Translations under genes and position numbers: made by a program | Shown here: positions 51,466 through 64,000 of the stretch, piece after piece | How the letters are laid out: each line of letters opens with the position of its first letter | Numbering within the stretch: position 1 is the stretch's first letter | Notes under the pieces: model-generated | The model's database searches: none | What the model was told of the DNA's origin: nothing | Seen by the model: only the letters and a program-made list of their open reading frames with translations | DNA from: Octopus vulgaris | Lineage: Eukaryota | DNA length: 64,000 nt | NCBI GenBank assembly: GCA_951406725.2 | Contig: OX597816.1 | Location: 159,030,001-159,094,000 of the forward strand | Direction: 5' to 3'

Positions 51466-52672
51466 ACCGGTATAGGAAAGGTCCAGTCTCGTTATATATT
51501 GTGTCAGGCCGATTCGTGCTAGAAAATACATTAAAAGGTACACATTTTTGCCGGATAAAATTCTTTCTTTTCGTCTAAATTTCTCCTTCTTTATAGTCCT
51601 TTGCACTAAGTGGCGTCTGGCTTTGTTTGGGACTTTCTTAGATTAAAGAAAAAGAATCAGTTTCGTATTCGATCATTTAACATGTACGTCGTTGAAATAA
51701 CTTATCGAACAACTGAAAGCTCATCGTCGAAATTGAAGGAGGACCTTTATTCTATTGCGTTTTCTTCGCGCCGTTTAACAACGATTGGATTGCAAATTTT
51801 GAGCAATGAAAAGATAGAACAATTGTTACGACCTGATTTGAAAACACGTGAAAGGGAACCGACATCGGCACTCAATAACGATTAACATAAACACGATAGA
51901 CTGAAAACCAAGTAAACGTGACCCTGCACCAGCTGTTCGCTAACTGAATACAACAAGGAATTTATCAATCAGCTTTTGTTTGAAGTTAACATATATTTAT
52001 ATCAGTGAATGATAAGCTTCAAGTTGGTTTTTACGTATGTTTAAACAATTTAAGTTTAAAATTGGTTTGAAAGAAAATTCTTTCAGAATGGAATGAAATT
52101 TATGATAGAAAATTAAGATCAAAATTTTTTTAAGATGTTGTAATGTAAAGAAGGAAGTCGGTAAGAGAGAGAAAGAAAGAAAGGGAGGAGAGAATGAGAA
52201 ACAAGAGAAAGAAAGTCAACGAAAAAAATGAAAGACAAAGAAAGAAAAAAGTAACAAAGAGAGAAAAATAAAGACCAAGAGAAAGAAACAAAGAAGAATA
52301 TATATGTATGCATGTGTGTGTGTGTAAAATAATTGGGTAAAAACGTCTTAACTTCAGTTAATCCCTTTCTACTTCGAGTACTAATTAATATCAGTAGAAC
52401 CCATTACGAGGGATAGCATTCATATTCCACAGAACCTGACGTTGTGCTTTTTCAAAAAATGAAGACCAATAATTCTTATTCCTTAACGATTAATAAAGTA
52501 AATATAAGATTTCTTACTAAAAAAAGTTGATGGGGGGGGGGAGAGGTTCTGTAGTCCCTGGTCAACTTCGACAGGACAAACCTATGATCAAATGGCATCT
52601 AGCTAAGACTGTACCTTCAAAAAAAAAAAGAAAGAATTGGCGGTATCTAATCTTGAATTAGTCAATATACTC

Positions 52673-52940
52673 TTAAGGGGCGGCGAGCTGGCAGAATTGT
52701 TAGCACGCCTGGCGAAATGCCTAGTGGTAGGTATTTCGTCTGTCTTTACGTTCTGAGTTCAAATTCCGCCGAGGTCGACTTTGCCTTTCATCCTTTCGGG
52801 GTCGATTAAATAAGTACCAGTTACGCACTGGGGGCCAATGTAATCGACTTCATCCCTTTGTCTGTCCTTGTTTGTCCCCTCTATGTTTAGCCCCCACCCC
52901 ACCCACCCCCACCTTGCTGTGGGCAATAAAGAAATAAAGA
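52673..52940 (+). mobile_element. Family-A SINE with short TSD (atactctt)
   Basis: ggcggcgagctggcagaattgttagcacg...gggcaataaagaaataa. Confidence 0.92.
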
Positions 52941-53109
52941 TACTCTTGCTTAAAACTCGAGTTCCATTTGAGGGGGACTTAGCTACTGCATTGAGTCAGT
53001 CGTCGAGCAAGACTCTCCAATACATACCTACAGACTAACAAATATGATTCGGGTACTTTAAATACCCATTAAATAGGGACGTTATTAGGTTTCGGTAATT
53101 ATAAAGGTG

Positions 53110-53320
53110 AAAGTGGCGAGCTGGCAGAATCGTTAGCTCGTTGGGCAAAATGCTTAGCGGCATTTCTTCGAGCGCTTTATGTTCTCAGTTCAAATACTAC
53201 CGTTCTTCCTTTCGGGACCGATAAAAGAAAGTACCAATCAAATACTGAAAACGATGTAATCGACTAACACCTTCCCCACCCCTAGTTACTGGTCTTGTAT
53301 CGAAATTTGAAGCCATAAAT
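53110..53320 (+). mobile_element. Family-A SINE (degenerate)
   Basis: gtggcgagctggcagaatcgttagc... Confidence 0.85.
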
Positions 53321-53914
53321 CTAAGGACAGTATGTTTCAGCTTTAACTTTCATCTCTCCAGAAAGGGGCCTCCATCATTTGAGTGCCACTCGATTAGTAA
53401 TCCCTTTTCCGATAAATGTCTGGCCCTCTGCCTATTCAAAGCACGAATAACTAACTTTTAGATAACAAATGTGAAGTCAACAAAGGATAAAGGGACCTGC
53501 TAGAAATAGGAGTCAAATCTCATTTAAATCACATCCTACACTCTGATAGAAAAAAGAGGTTTAAGACGGGATGGTTGTAGTTAGAACGACTGGTTAAGTT
53601 TGTTTGATAAGGATTGACATAGGAATGAATAAACAACAGGGGTAAGCATAAAGCTAAATATATTTAGTAGAAGAAACGTGATTATATGGCCTTCATCCCT
53701 TTTCGAGTCTAATGATGTTATCGGAGATTGAAACTTGGATCGACTTTATTGATGTTGCTTGTCTGTTCTCACGTCAGCCCACATCGGGTAGACCTATGGT
53801 CATAAGGCGTTCTATTCGTGACCGTCTTGTTTGTTTATATATAATTAACTATATTGACTATATAGTCATTATATATCAACAACTATGAATAGTTTTTCTT
53901 AAGACATTAAAATG

Positions 53915-53980
53915 AAACTTGAGGGAGATTTAGCTGCTATTTCTAGCATGTTGAGTAACTCAGTAGCAGCTCTTTCGGCC
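53915..53980 (+). repeat. Representative of an old short interspersed repeat (gagggagatttagctgctatttctagcaggtcgag...) recurring >10 times in the window
   Basis: Related copies near 19600, 19745, 21720, 26725, 27810, 31660, 41630, 41770(-), 45490(-), 47305, 49800, 50470, 52965, 53490(-). Confidence 0.7.
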
Positions 53981-55013
53981 GGTGTTGAATGGACTCGAAT
54001 TTAATCGTTTTACCAAACATCGGACGGAGTTTTGGAATAACTGTCCTTCGAAGTCCCATACCTCACGAAGAAAGGATGAGATGGGGAGCAACAATGTAAA
54101 AACAAACAAATAAATTAATTAATTAATTAACGAAATTTTGGGGAAAATATTTACCAGAATTAGTAACTGCCGTTGAAACACAGGAATATAAAAAAAAAAA
54201 AATCTGAAGAAAAAACTACTTTTTCCCTTGCCCAAAAGGCACGGGACTTCGAGTTTATTCCAAAGATCCGTCAAACTGTGGATATCAGAAAATAGAACCT
54301 TTTAAATCTACCTGGACGTTTTTAAAGTTCTTCAAAGTACTTTTATAATGTGTATATATTTTAAAATGTTAGATTTATAACTATTACGCAAGACGATTCG
54401 CTGATCACATATATATACACACATACACATATTGAGGAGTCGTCAAATTGTTTCCCTCGTTCACAGCATTGTTTGAAAAGAAAAAAAAAAAGGGCTTGGC
54501 GAAGTTGGCGGTGGGGGGTAGAGCAGATGTTTCCCCCTCCCTTCCCTTCCACCCCGATCTTTATCTTTCAGTATAACTCCCACACGTATTCGTTGTGTAG
54601 TTGTTACACAAAACACACCCATTTAACACCCACATAAATATTTGAGGTAAAGTTCAAATACTGCTCCGCTATCAATAACACACTACTTTACTTCTCTAGA
54701 TACGCGCTAAGTCACCCTGCTCGCCCACATAATTCAAACATTCACTCACACACACACACACACACACACAAAAGCAAATACCATTATACGAAATCTAATC
54801 GGATATCACAAGTTAAATGTTGACAATAACTCTGGTGAATATCTTGTAACGAAGCCGTATTCTTCTTTTACAATAAGCAGGATCGAATCATGTGATGTTC
54901 TAATGGGAGACGAGAGTTGCATCAGAATTTCTGCTACTAATGACAACCAAATGGTTGGTTCTTCACTTAAAAAGCGATCCCCCACTACATATACGTTAAT
55001 AATATAAACAGAA

Positions 55014-55050
<37 letters not shown>

Positions 55051-56814
55051 TGTAAATATCAAATTATTTAAAATTGTGCCTGTGAAAATATATGTGAAAT
55101 TAAATAAGAGTTTCTTTGAATTTGTTTTCCAAAGCATGTGCCGACAATCGCAACTGATTCCGTACGTTTTATGAGATTAGAAATAAACTTAAGTGCTTTA
55201 TCTTCCAGACGATATTTTGGATTGTTGATTGTCAGAACTCTGAATACCAGCTTCCAATCGTTTCTAAGTTAGAGGGGATTTTTTCTTCTAATATTTAAGG
55301 AATTTATTGATAGTAGCAAACTGTATTTTAATTAAGTTCTATATCTTAACGGTACTCCAAGATATAATTCTAAAAAGCTTTCCCTAACAGTCCAAAATAA
55401 CAATTAAACTTCCTTTTAAATAGCCAATAGTATTATATATTTATCAATCAAAAGATGAGCAAAAAACGGCACTTTAATCTGCTGCTTATATCAGCTGTAG
55501 ATTTTTAAAACGAGCGATGAATCTATAGGTTTTACGAAATTACATTCAAAACGGTAAAACACATGTGTTCGGTTATTTTACACACTTTCGTTCTTTTCTA
55601 AGCTACTAAAAATATTCAGATATTTTTTAGAACACGTGTAGTATCAAATTTGTTACAAATACACACTTAGTTCTCACCAATTTTTTTTTTTTTTGCTTTC
55701 TTTTGAAGACAACTAAAACTTAAACAACGGACGAAAGCATTTAAAATAAATTTAATGTAACGGTGTGGAGTGAACCCTACTAACGATAATAAACGAACTG
55801 GAAAGATTCCTACCTGCATTTTTCTTATATAATCACATTATGTAACAATTCTAGATAGAGTCAATCAAGAGAAGACTTGAAGAGGATGAGAGAAAAGAAA
55901 AAGTATTACAGAAAAATACATGGAAAATATAAAAATGAACTATAGCCTCCGAAAAGAGACTTTCGAAAATATAGTTAAAAAAAAAAAACAAGGTAAAAAG
56001 TCTGTACAGCGTGATATAAGATTGTGTCACTGATTAAAGAATATTCGTACGCTGAGAAATATTGTTATATAATAAAAGATAAAAACACCTCACCTGTTAT
56101 GTGTTTGGAGGCCATCGTAACATAAAGAGAAATGCTGTTTAGGAAAGAAAAGAAAAAAAGATACTGCATCATCTCCGTATGTCAATGAAAACTGCCGTCA
56201 GTCAGTCAGTCAGACACCCACGTTGGACTTTCGCTAAGTGTTTGCTACAACATCATGTAGATTGTAAAGTACTACGCCAGCAGCTATGTGTCGACCAATG
56301 CCAACCAGGTTGTGTAGTTTAACTGGTTTTATTTGGTAAGCTCCGTCACAGTTTTGACTGTCGTGGGCTACCCCCCGCGTCTTACTCAGCTCTGACATCA
56401 TAGCGTTATATTTATAACAGCGGTGGAATTCCCTCGCTGTGTCCAAACGGTATGGCGTTTCTTTATCACATTTCGTCCTCAAAAATAATTGTGTATAAAC
56501 ATACACACACAACTATATAGATAGACACACACATAAATATATATATATATATATATAGGCACACACACAAATATATATATATATATATATATAGGCACAC
56601 ACACAAATATATATATATAGGCACACACACAAATATATATATATATATATACACACACTACCCTCACGTAGTTGAAAAAGTTGTAAATATATGAACCATG
56701 GCCTATCTATTATCAGTTACTGAATCAGTTATTAATTCATGAGTACCACCGTCTATTTTTTTTTCTTTTTCGTGGTTAATAGAGTAAAATGTTCAAGTTT
56801 AGCATTACTATTAT

Positions 56815-57045
56815 AAAGGCGGCGAACTGGTAGAATCGTTAACACGCCGGACAAAATGCTTAATGGCATTTTGTCCGTCTTCACGTTCTGAGTTCAAAAT
56901 GCTGCCGAGGGCGACTTTGCTTTTCATCCTTTCGGGAATCGATGAATTAAGTACCAGTTTCGCACTGGGGGTCGATGTAACCGACTTCCCCCTCCCCCCA
57001 CCGACATTTCACGCCCTGTGCCTATAGTACAAAGGATTGTTATTA
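56815..57045 (+). mobile_element. Family-A SINE
   Basis: aaggcggcgaactggtagaatcgttaacacgccggac...gtgcctatagtacaaaggatt. Confidence 0.92.
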
Positions 57046-57746
57046 TCGTTCGCTTCGCAGCTGACTGACAAACACTTAAACCTTCAACAGCCCAGTTCAC
57101 GTAACAACAAACAGTTACCGCTGGGAATACAATTCAGCTGTAAGTAGAAAGAAATTGCAATAGTGACAAGGGAAAAAAAAAAAAGGAAACAGAGAAAAGG
57201 AAAGACAAACAAAAGGAGAGAGAAAAGAAAAGGAAAAAAAAAACTCTTCGATACCTTGAAGAGCTAAGTTCAAATCGTTCCACGGATAGCCGATATACAG
57301 GTTAATTTATTCCCCCACCTTGTTACTAAATACATAGAATAACTGGAAGTGTGATATTCCACAGGTGGTTCTCGTGTTTTATAAGGTTATTAAATATATT
57401 CTTTAAAATTTTTCGAAGACGAACATAGGTGCGGGTCAAGGAAGTTGAGTTGACAGAGTCGTTAAAGTGTTGAATAGGTTGCTTTGTGATATTTCTTCCG
57501 GTTCTTTACATTCTGAGTTCAAATTCCACCGATATCAGTATTGCCTTTCATCCTTTCGGGTTCAATAAATAAAATTTCACACCCTAACTAAAAGGTGATT
57601 CTTTTCCTTCTTTCAGAAATCGGCTGGGATCAGTCCTGAAAAGAAATAGACACTACCAGGTCTAAAAATGCCTAAAACAAACTGTGTAAGTCACGAGGAT
57701 GCCTCTTCGACTCCAAAGAGAAAAGGGATCACGGGAATAAAGGGAT

Positions 57747-58270
57747 CACGTGCATGTATGAGTGTGTGTATTTGATCCAACAACCAGTTTCACTTCATCA
57801 TCCGGCTTTCTTGTGTAACTTAAGTGGAGTCTAGAGCCGGCCTCCAGTCTGAGAATAACTTGACGCTTTCGCTCCCTGCTGCTGTAACCAGTGAGTAGTG
57901 GAGGTCTTCTCAACCTCTCCTCCTCCACTCTCGGAAACCCCCCGCAAAAAAAGATCACGTGCGTTGTCTTTCCACAAACTAAACCCTATACGTGTGTGTG
58001 TGTGTGTGTGTGTGCGTGCGTACATGCGCGCACGTGTGTGAGCATGCGTGTGTGCGAACGCCAGCTGATTAGTTAAGAATGAAATTTCTGTCGCCTTCAC
58101 GTTGAAAATGTGTGGAACGTGGAGAAGACAGTGCGATAATGGTCGTATGTAGAAAATTACAATTTCTCCATGGGATAGGAAAGAGAGACAGATAGACAGA
58201 AAGCGAGAGAGTAATGTGGAGGAGAGAGTAGTAGTAGTAACGAACGAGAGGCTTCTCTCGTATTACGTCA
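57747..58270. promoter_or_regulatory. E-box cluster (3x CACGTG, 2x CACGTT) plus TTACGTCA; candidate enhancer/promoter
   Basis: CACGTG at 57747, 57956, 58031; CACGTT at 58098 and AACGTG at 58116; TTACGTCA at 58263. Confidence 0.35.
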
Positions 58271-58701
58271 TGTTCATTCATAAAGACCGGTTACCTTATG
58301 ATTTAGTGTGTATTATTCCTCAATGTAGTTTCTCTGTTAAAACTACTACTACCACCACCATCACCGCCTTCTTCACCACTATAACACAGTCGTGCCGGCC
58401 GCAAACAATACTTATCGAGAGATAAATTTCGGAATGATTCGGCACATTCATAACATTTCTTACATACCATCCGGATGGCTAAAGCACCCACCTTGTGAAC
58501 TTTCTAGTTTGTACGTATTTGTCGTTCCTTCTTTCTTTTGTTCTGGTATGTGATCGCCTGGCTCGATGCCAGCCAATCTTTCAGCAAATGAAAATCAGGA
58601 GTACCGTTTCGATATCCGGTTAGAAGCATTGCGCGGCTTCATTTGGCTGCCATCCCCACCTCCATCACCACATCACTCATACCACAAGGACATTCATGAA
58701 C

Positions 58702-58736
<35 letters not shown>

Positions 58737-58737
58737 T

Positions 58738-58987
58738 GGTACTACTTAAGAAAGGTGGTCCTGGGTGCGCGCACTCGCGTACTCGCGCATCCGCGCTAGC
58801 TAGTTGTGACTAGTCGATCCTACAACGACTACCTAAATAAAACAAAATAAATAATTCTTTTACACAAAGAAAATAATTTTTTTTAAAAACAAAAACACAA
58901 AGTAAGGATCGACTAGTCACGACTAGCTAGCGCGGATGCGCGACTACGCGAGTGCGCGCACCGGGACCATTCTTCTTAAGTAGTACC
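58738..58987. mobile_element. 250-bp MITE with ~84-bp GC-rich TIRs inserted in (ATT)n
   Basis: 58738-58821 pairs with 58905-58987; GG...CC termini; AT-rich spacer. Confidence 0.9.
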
Positions 58988-59016
58988 CTTATTATTATTA
59001 TTATTATTATTATTAT

Positions 59017-60172
59017 GAAGGCGGCAAGCTGGCCGAATCGTTAGCACGCCGGGCAAAATGCTTAGCGGCATTTCATGTCTGTACGTTCTGAATTCAAATT
59101 AGCTGAGGTCGACTTCGCCTTTCACCCTTTCGGGGTCGATGAATTAAGTACTAGTCAAGTACTGGGGTCGATGTGATCGATCGACTTACCCCCTCCTTCA
59201 AAATTTCAGGTTTTGTACCTACAGTAGAAAGGATCATTATAATTATAATCGGAGAAAATACCTTGCAATGTTTAATTCCGTCTCTTTTGCTTCTGCGTTG
59301 AAACCCCACCAGGGTTCCACTTCGACTTTCACCTCTTCGAGGGTTAATAAAATGAATACCCGTCAAAATTCTAGGGTCGACATAATGGGCAACACCCACC
59401 TCTAAAATTTGTATCAAGTCTACCTCTGCTGGAGGTAATTATTTTCGAGGTTGGTGACTCGACAAAAAATTCGAACATTGGACAAAATGCTATGCAAAAA
59501 TTTGTTCCGGCATTTTACGTTCTGAGTTGAAATCACACCGAGGCCAATATTACTTTTCATCCTTTCGGGGGTCGATAAAAATAACCCACTAGGCAAGTAC
59601 TGGGATCTGTGGCATGGACTAACCCTACCCCTAAATTATGTTACCCTGTGCCTAAATTAGAAACATAAACATTTATATACAGGGCCGTGGATTAGCAGAA
59701 TTTTTAGCGCATCGACCAAAATGTCATGCAGTATTTATTCCGGCTCTTTTCATTCTGGGTTCAAATCGCACTAAGGTCAAGAGGTCAGCTTTGCCTTTTA
59801 TCCTTTCGGAATTGATAAAATAAAGTACCAGTTAAGTATGGGGTCAATATACTCAACTGGTTCCCTCTATTAAAATTACTGGCCTTGTAACTAAGCCAGA
59901 AACTATCATTATCAGCAAGCTGGCAGAATCGTTAGAGCGTCGAAATTTTCTTTAAGGTATATCTTCCGATTCTTTATATTTTTGGTTCAAATTCTGCCGA
60001 AGCCAACTTTACTTTTCATCCTTTCGGAATCAATAAAAGACAAAAGAAAAAAAAAAAAAAGAAAGAGAAAAAAGGTCAAGAACTGAGGTCGAAGGAATCG
60101 ACTAGCCTCCGCCCCTCCCCCACCTCAAAACTGCCGGTCGTGTGACTACGTCAGGAACCATTATTATTATTA
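59017..60172 (+). mobile_element. Cluster of ~5 family-A SINE copies of differing divergence
   Basis: Repeated gctggc.gaatcgttag...gttcaaat...tttcatcctttcgg units. Confidence 0.85.
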
Positions 60173-60998
60173 ATAGCGAACCGGTTTCAAAGCCCAATAG
60201 GAACCACTTCATTTTTACTCGTGTTACTAAGGCATTTGGAAAATTCATAAACGATGCAACATACTTAGGAACTATGTAAACCTATGACCGATAGAATATG
60301 CCAGGTATTGTTCTTGTGATTACATCAGTTACGAAAGGCTATTGGAATGGTAAAAAAAAAAAAAAAAAGACGACGACTTACTCGTGTATCGAGTCCTTAT
60401 TCTATCAGGGATCGACCCCATCATTTCTTCCCCCACCAGCACCCCCGGATGATAGAATAAACACTATTCGTAGCTATACTCATAAAATCACTGCCACGTA
60501 ATTGTGGTGTTGTGCTTACGTTAAGAAATCATTCACAAATTACGTTCGGTTTTAAGTCTTGTTGAAATGAGGAGCCCTCAACAGGGGTCTATAAAATATA
60601 TTTTTAAAATATCACTTGAATCATATGTTTGATTTAATCGACTGTCTCCGACCTTTTCCCCTATAATTTAAGGCGTTGTGTCAACGTTAGGAAACATGAA
60701 TATCAAATACGAACATGAAAACAAAACAAGCAAGATAGTAAGAAGAGAGAAATAGTAAAACAGACGAAAACGAGCATAGACATACAAGTACAAGAATAAG
60801 CTTCAGAATATATTGAGAAATACTTCGAAAGAATAATACTTACGGTTTGATTTTTCGTTTTGATTTCCTGTTAATATTATTAATATTTTTTTAAGTAACC
60901 CGAAAGGTTACTTCCAACAAATCCAGCTTTCTTTGAAATGAATATAAAACAAAGATGCGTAAGGAAAAAAAAAAATAATGTGTGTATGTTTGTATGTG

Positions 60999-61046
<48 letters not shown>

Positions 61047-61676
61047 GTTTGAAGAAAACTTGTAAGGCTAAATTTTCTAATTCCTTGCTTCCAGTCAGAA
61101 CTGTCCAAAGTTTCCAAAGCTTTTACCGTCTGCTGGCAAACTCTCAGGTATATATATGTATTATATATGTGTCATAGGGACCGCTTACATACATACATTT
61201 ATACATACATACACCGCCTCACATCGTAACTATTTCCCCCTCTCTTTCTTTCTCTCTCTCTCTCTCTCTGTCTTCTCCCTTTCTTCTTCCCTTGTGGTTA
61301 CATTCTTTCTATTGTTAGTAATTGTTTAAAAGACAAGCCTACATGATGTGTTTCTTCAATAAATCGCTGCGCCACCTGTGACGGAACGTCCGTGACTCAA
61401 CAGGATTTTGTCGACCCGTTTATTTATTTGTTTGTTGATTGCCGACTGCTTAATTATTATTATTATTACAACTCATATCTTTGCAACAGTAGCGACACCA
61501 GTGAATGGAGAAAAGACCTAGCATGCCATAAAATATTTTTTTGTATGTGTTTTATATTATTATATATTTACGTGAACAAATTCACACACACACACACTAT
61601 TATTAACACACACGCATGTATATGTATATATACATATCTTTGTATATATGAATACATGCATGATATACACAAATAT

Positions 61677-61719
<43 letters not shown>

Positions 61720-61739
61720 CACGCATATTATATAATATA

Positions 61740-61895
61740 CAAGGCCATACTGGGGCAATGCCTTGAAGTATTTAGTCAAACAAAGTGACCCCAGTACATA
61801 TTTTCCAAAACCAGAACTTTTCCTATCGTTTTTTTGGCCGAACCGCTAAGTTACGGGGGTGTAGAGAAACCAACATTGGCTGTCAAAGAGCGCAC
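61740..61895 (-). mobile_element. Family-B SINE 3' fragment
   Basis: ggccatactggggc..gccttgaag...ccgaaccgctaagttacgggg. Confidence 0.8.
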
Positions 61896-61898
61896 ACA

Positions 61899-61999
<101 letters not shown>

Positions 62000-62111
62000 G
62001 GGGTACTTGGACTAGATTTGACAGTTTGCATAAAAGGAAAAGAAAGCAATGTCTCATACAAAAGTGAAGTGTCTTTTTTAAAAATAACAAGATATCAACT
62101 AGATATCAACT

Positions 62112-62806
62112 AGGTTCCCAAACTTTTTCGGGCTGCCGCCCCCTTGACACCCGGGCCTCATCCCTAACACCCCCACCTCACCATCACAAACACATACCTC
62201 TTTCTGAAGCAAATTCAAAGCAACTGTATTTCACAAATAAAACTTAATCTAATGAACCCAGTATGTTGTTGTTTTTACATGCATAGCAAGGCGGCGAGCT
62301 GGCAGCGACTTTGCCTTTCATCCTTTCGAGGTCGATAAATTAAGTACCAGTTACGCACTGGGGTCGATGTAATCGACTTAATCCTTTTGTCTGTCCTTGT
62401 TTGTCCCCACTATGTTTAGCCCTTTGTGGGCAATAAAGAAATAAGAAACGTTAGCACGCCGGCGAAACGCTTAGCGGTATTTCATCCGTCTTTATGTTCT
62501 GAGTTCAAATTCTGCTGAGGTCAACTTTGCCTTTCATCCTTTCAGGGTCGATAAATTAAGTACCAGTTGCGTACTGAGGTTGATCTAATCGACTGGCCCC
62601 TCCCCAAAAATTTCGAGCCTTGTGTCTAGTTTTTACATGAATCGCTACCCCATTATCGCCCCACTTTTTACATGAATCGCTACCCCAGTACCACCCCACT
62701 TTTTACATGAATCGCTACCCTATTATCGCCCCACTTTTCTTCAACGCCCCCTTGGAACATTTCGCCGCCTTCAGAGGGGCAATACCACCCACTTTGGGAA
62801 CCACTG
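62112..62806. mobile_element. hAT/Charlie-like MITE interrupted by a family-A SINE (~62288-62629) and containing a 35-bp triplication (62630-62734)
   Basis: Left ggttcccaaact; right tttgggaaccactg followed by atctagat. Confidence 0.75.
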
Positions 62807-62811
62807 ATCTA

Positions 62812-63563
62812 GATTATGGCAGACAAATAACAAAGTTTATTCAAAGTATCCACCCTCACTTTCCACCTCAAGGTGGCTCGGGAACTTAGCACATGCATTC
62901 CTCACTGTGTCCTTGGGAGGACCCTCCAATACCCTCTTGATCATGGCCACCCGCTCGGCCTTGGTGTTACAGGCAGAGTGGTTGGCATCTTTCTCAACTG
63001 CGCCCCACATATAGTAATCCATGGGATTACATTCGGGGGGATTAGGAAGCCAGAAAATGGGGCTGATAAAAATTCTTCGACAATCACTTCGTACTCTTTC
63101 CAGAGGTACGGCAAGGAATCAAATCCTGCTGTCTCACATATGGCTTTCTAGCAATAACTTTCTCTAACCAAGGTTTGACAACATCTCCAACAGTTACACA
63201 TAGCCATCTGAATTGAGTCAAAGATATGGGTGGCATGACGTCACCCTCACTGGAGGTACACCCAAAGACCAACACATTTAGGGCAACTTGGGTTTCACAA
63301 AACGTAGAACACGTCTTACAAGCTTTTGCAGTGTTTACAGAGCAGCAGTTATGATGTTGGCATACTGACACTCGGCGCGAATTCATGATACAGGTAATTT
63401 GTTTCTAATATTTCGATGGCTTCCTAGTCCTCCAACTAACTTTTTCTCAACACCTTTAATCTTTATGCTCTCCAGCGCCCTTGACTGTTTATCAATTTTA
63501 TCAACACATAAAATTGTTTCTGTAAAAAGAAGACATAAGAAAATCGTCCCAGTTAGCCCGAAC

Positions 63564-63569
<6 letters not shown>
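62812..63569 (-). mobile_element. Tc1/mariner DD37D (maT)-type transposon remnant with a disrupted transposase C-terminus
   Basis: Fragments VLVFGC.SSEGDVMPP, VVKPWLEKV...PYV.QQD..P, PPNVIP/MDYYMWGAVEKDAN...CNTK...IK.....PKDTVRNAC..F...LE....EGGYFE*; terminus TATAGGGTGTTCGGGCTAAC next to (TA)n. Confidence 0.85.
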
Positions 63570-63626
<57 letters not shown>

Positions 63627-63695
63627 TTTATAATTAAGGGCTAAAGAAGGTTAATTCTAAAGCCAATACACTGATTTATTCATCCTATATTGTTA

Positions 63696-63741
<46 letters not shown>

Positions 63742-63744
<3 letters not shown>

Positions 63745-63855
63745 GGGCTTCTTTCAGTTTCCGTCAACCGCATCTACTCATAAGTTTTGGCGGCTATAGA
63801 AGAACATGTGGTTGAGAAGCAAGCTTCTTAGCTATACAGCCACATCAGCGCCTGT
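63742..63855 (-). mobile_element. Family-B SINE head fragment
   Basis: gggcttctttcagtttccgtc...catgtggttgagaagcaagcttctta. Confidence 0.8.
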
Positions 63856-63877
63856 ATATATATATATGAATAGACAA

Positions 63878-63924
<47 letters not shown>

Positions 63925-64000
63925 TGCATACACACGCACAAATGTATATATATATATATGATAACATCCACATGTATGTGTGTGTGTGCGTGTGTTTGTG

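Noticed and set aside
51610-51885. 91-aa ORF
   Set aside because: GTG start, no domain recognised, no splice support
56234-56512. 92-aa ORF and TATAAATA-like palindrome at ~56405-56418
   Set aside because: The ORF begins in a microsatellite and has no recognisable motif; a lone TATA in AT-rich DNA is insufficient

Overview
AT-rich, repeat-dense eukaryotic non-coding DNA, most likely from an octopus (coleoid cephalopod). This is inferred from recognisable octopus-type tRNA-derived SINE families and very abundant (TA)n/(CA)n/(TAA)n microsatellites. No intact host protein-coding gene can be supported; the long ORFs in the track are microsatellite artefacts or transposon remnants. The window contains: (i) a head-to-tail pile of decayed Dong/R4-type (RT + restriction-like endonuclease) LINEs at a TAA microsatellite (1-4.9 kb); (ii) two decayed CR1/L2-group LINEs; (iii) many SINEs, several with clear target-site duplications (TSDs); (iv) MITEs and a DD37D (maT)-type Tc1/mariner remnant; (v) weak candidates for promoters, enhancers and non-coding exons. 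The most striking signal is at 8-15 kb: a cluster of small (TA)n-embedded cassettes with Penelope-like direct/inverted terminal architecture, carrying several different type I hammerhead ribozyme motifs. One is a ~596-nt terminally redundant unit with a canonical hammerhead (retrozyme/circRNA-like). Another is a perfect 158-bp palindrome with a hammerhead on each strand. A third is a hammerhead with a variant core and a ~100-nt stem II insertion. All structures were read by eye; no folding or database search was run.
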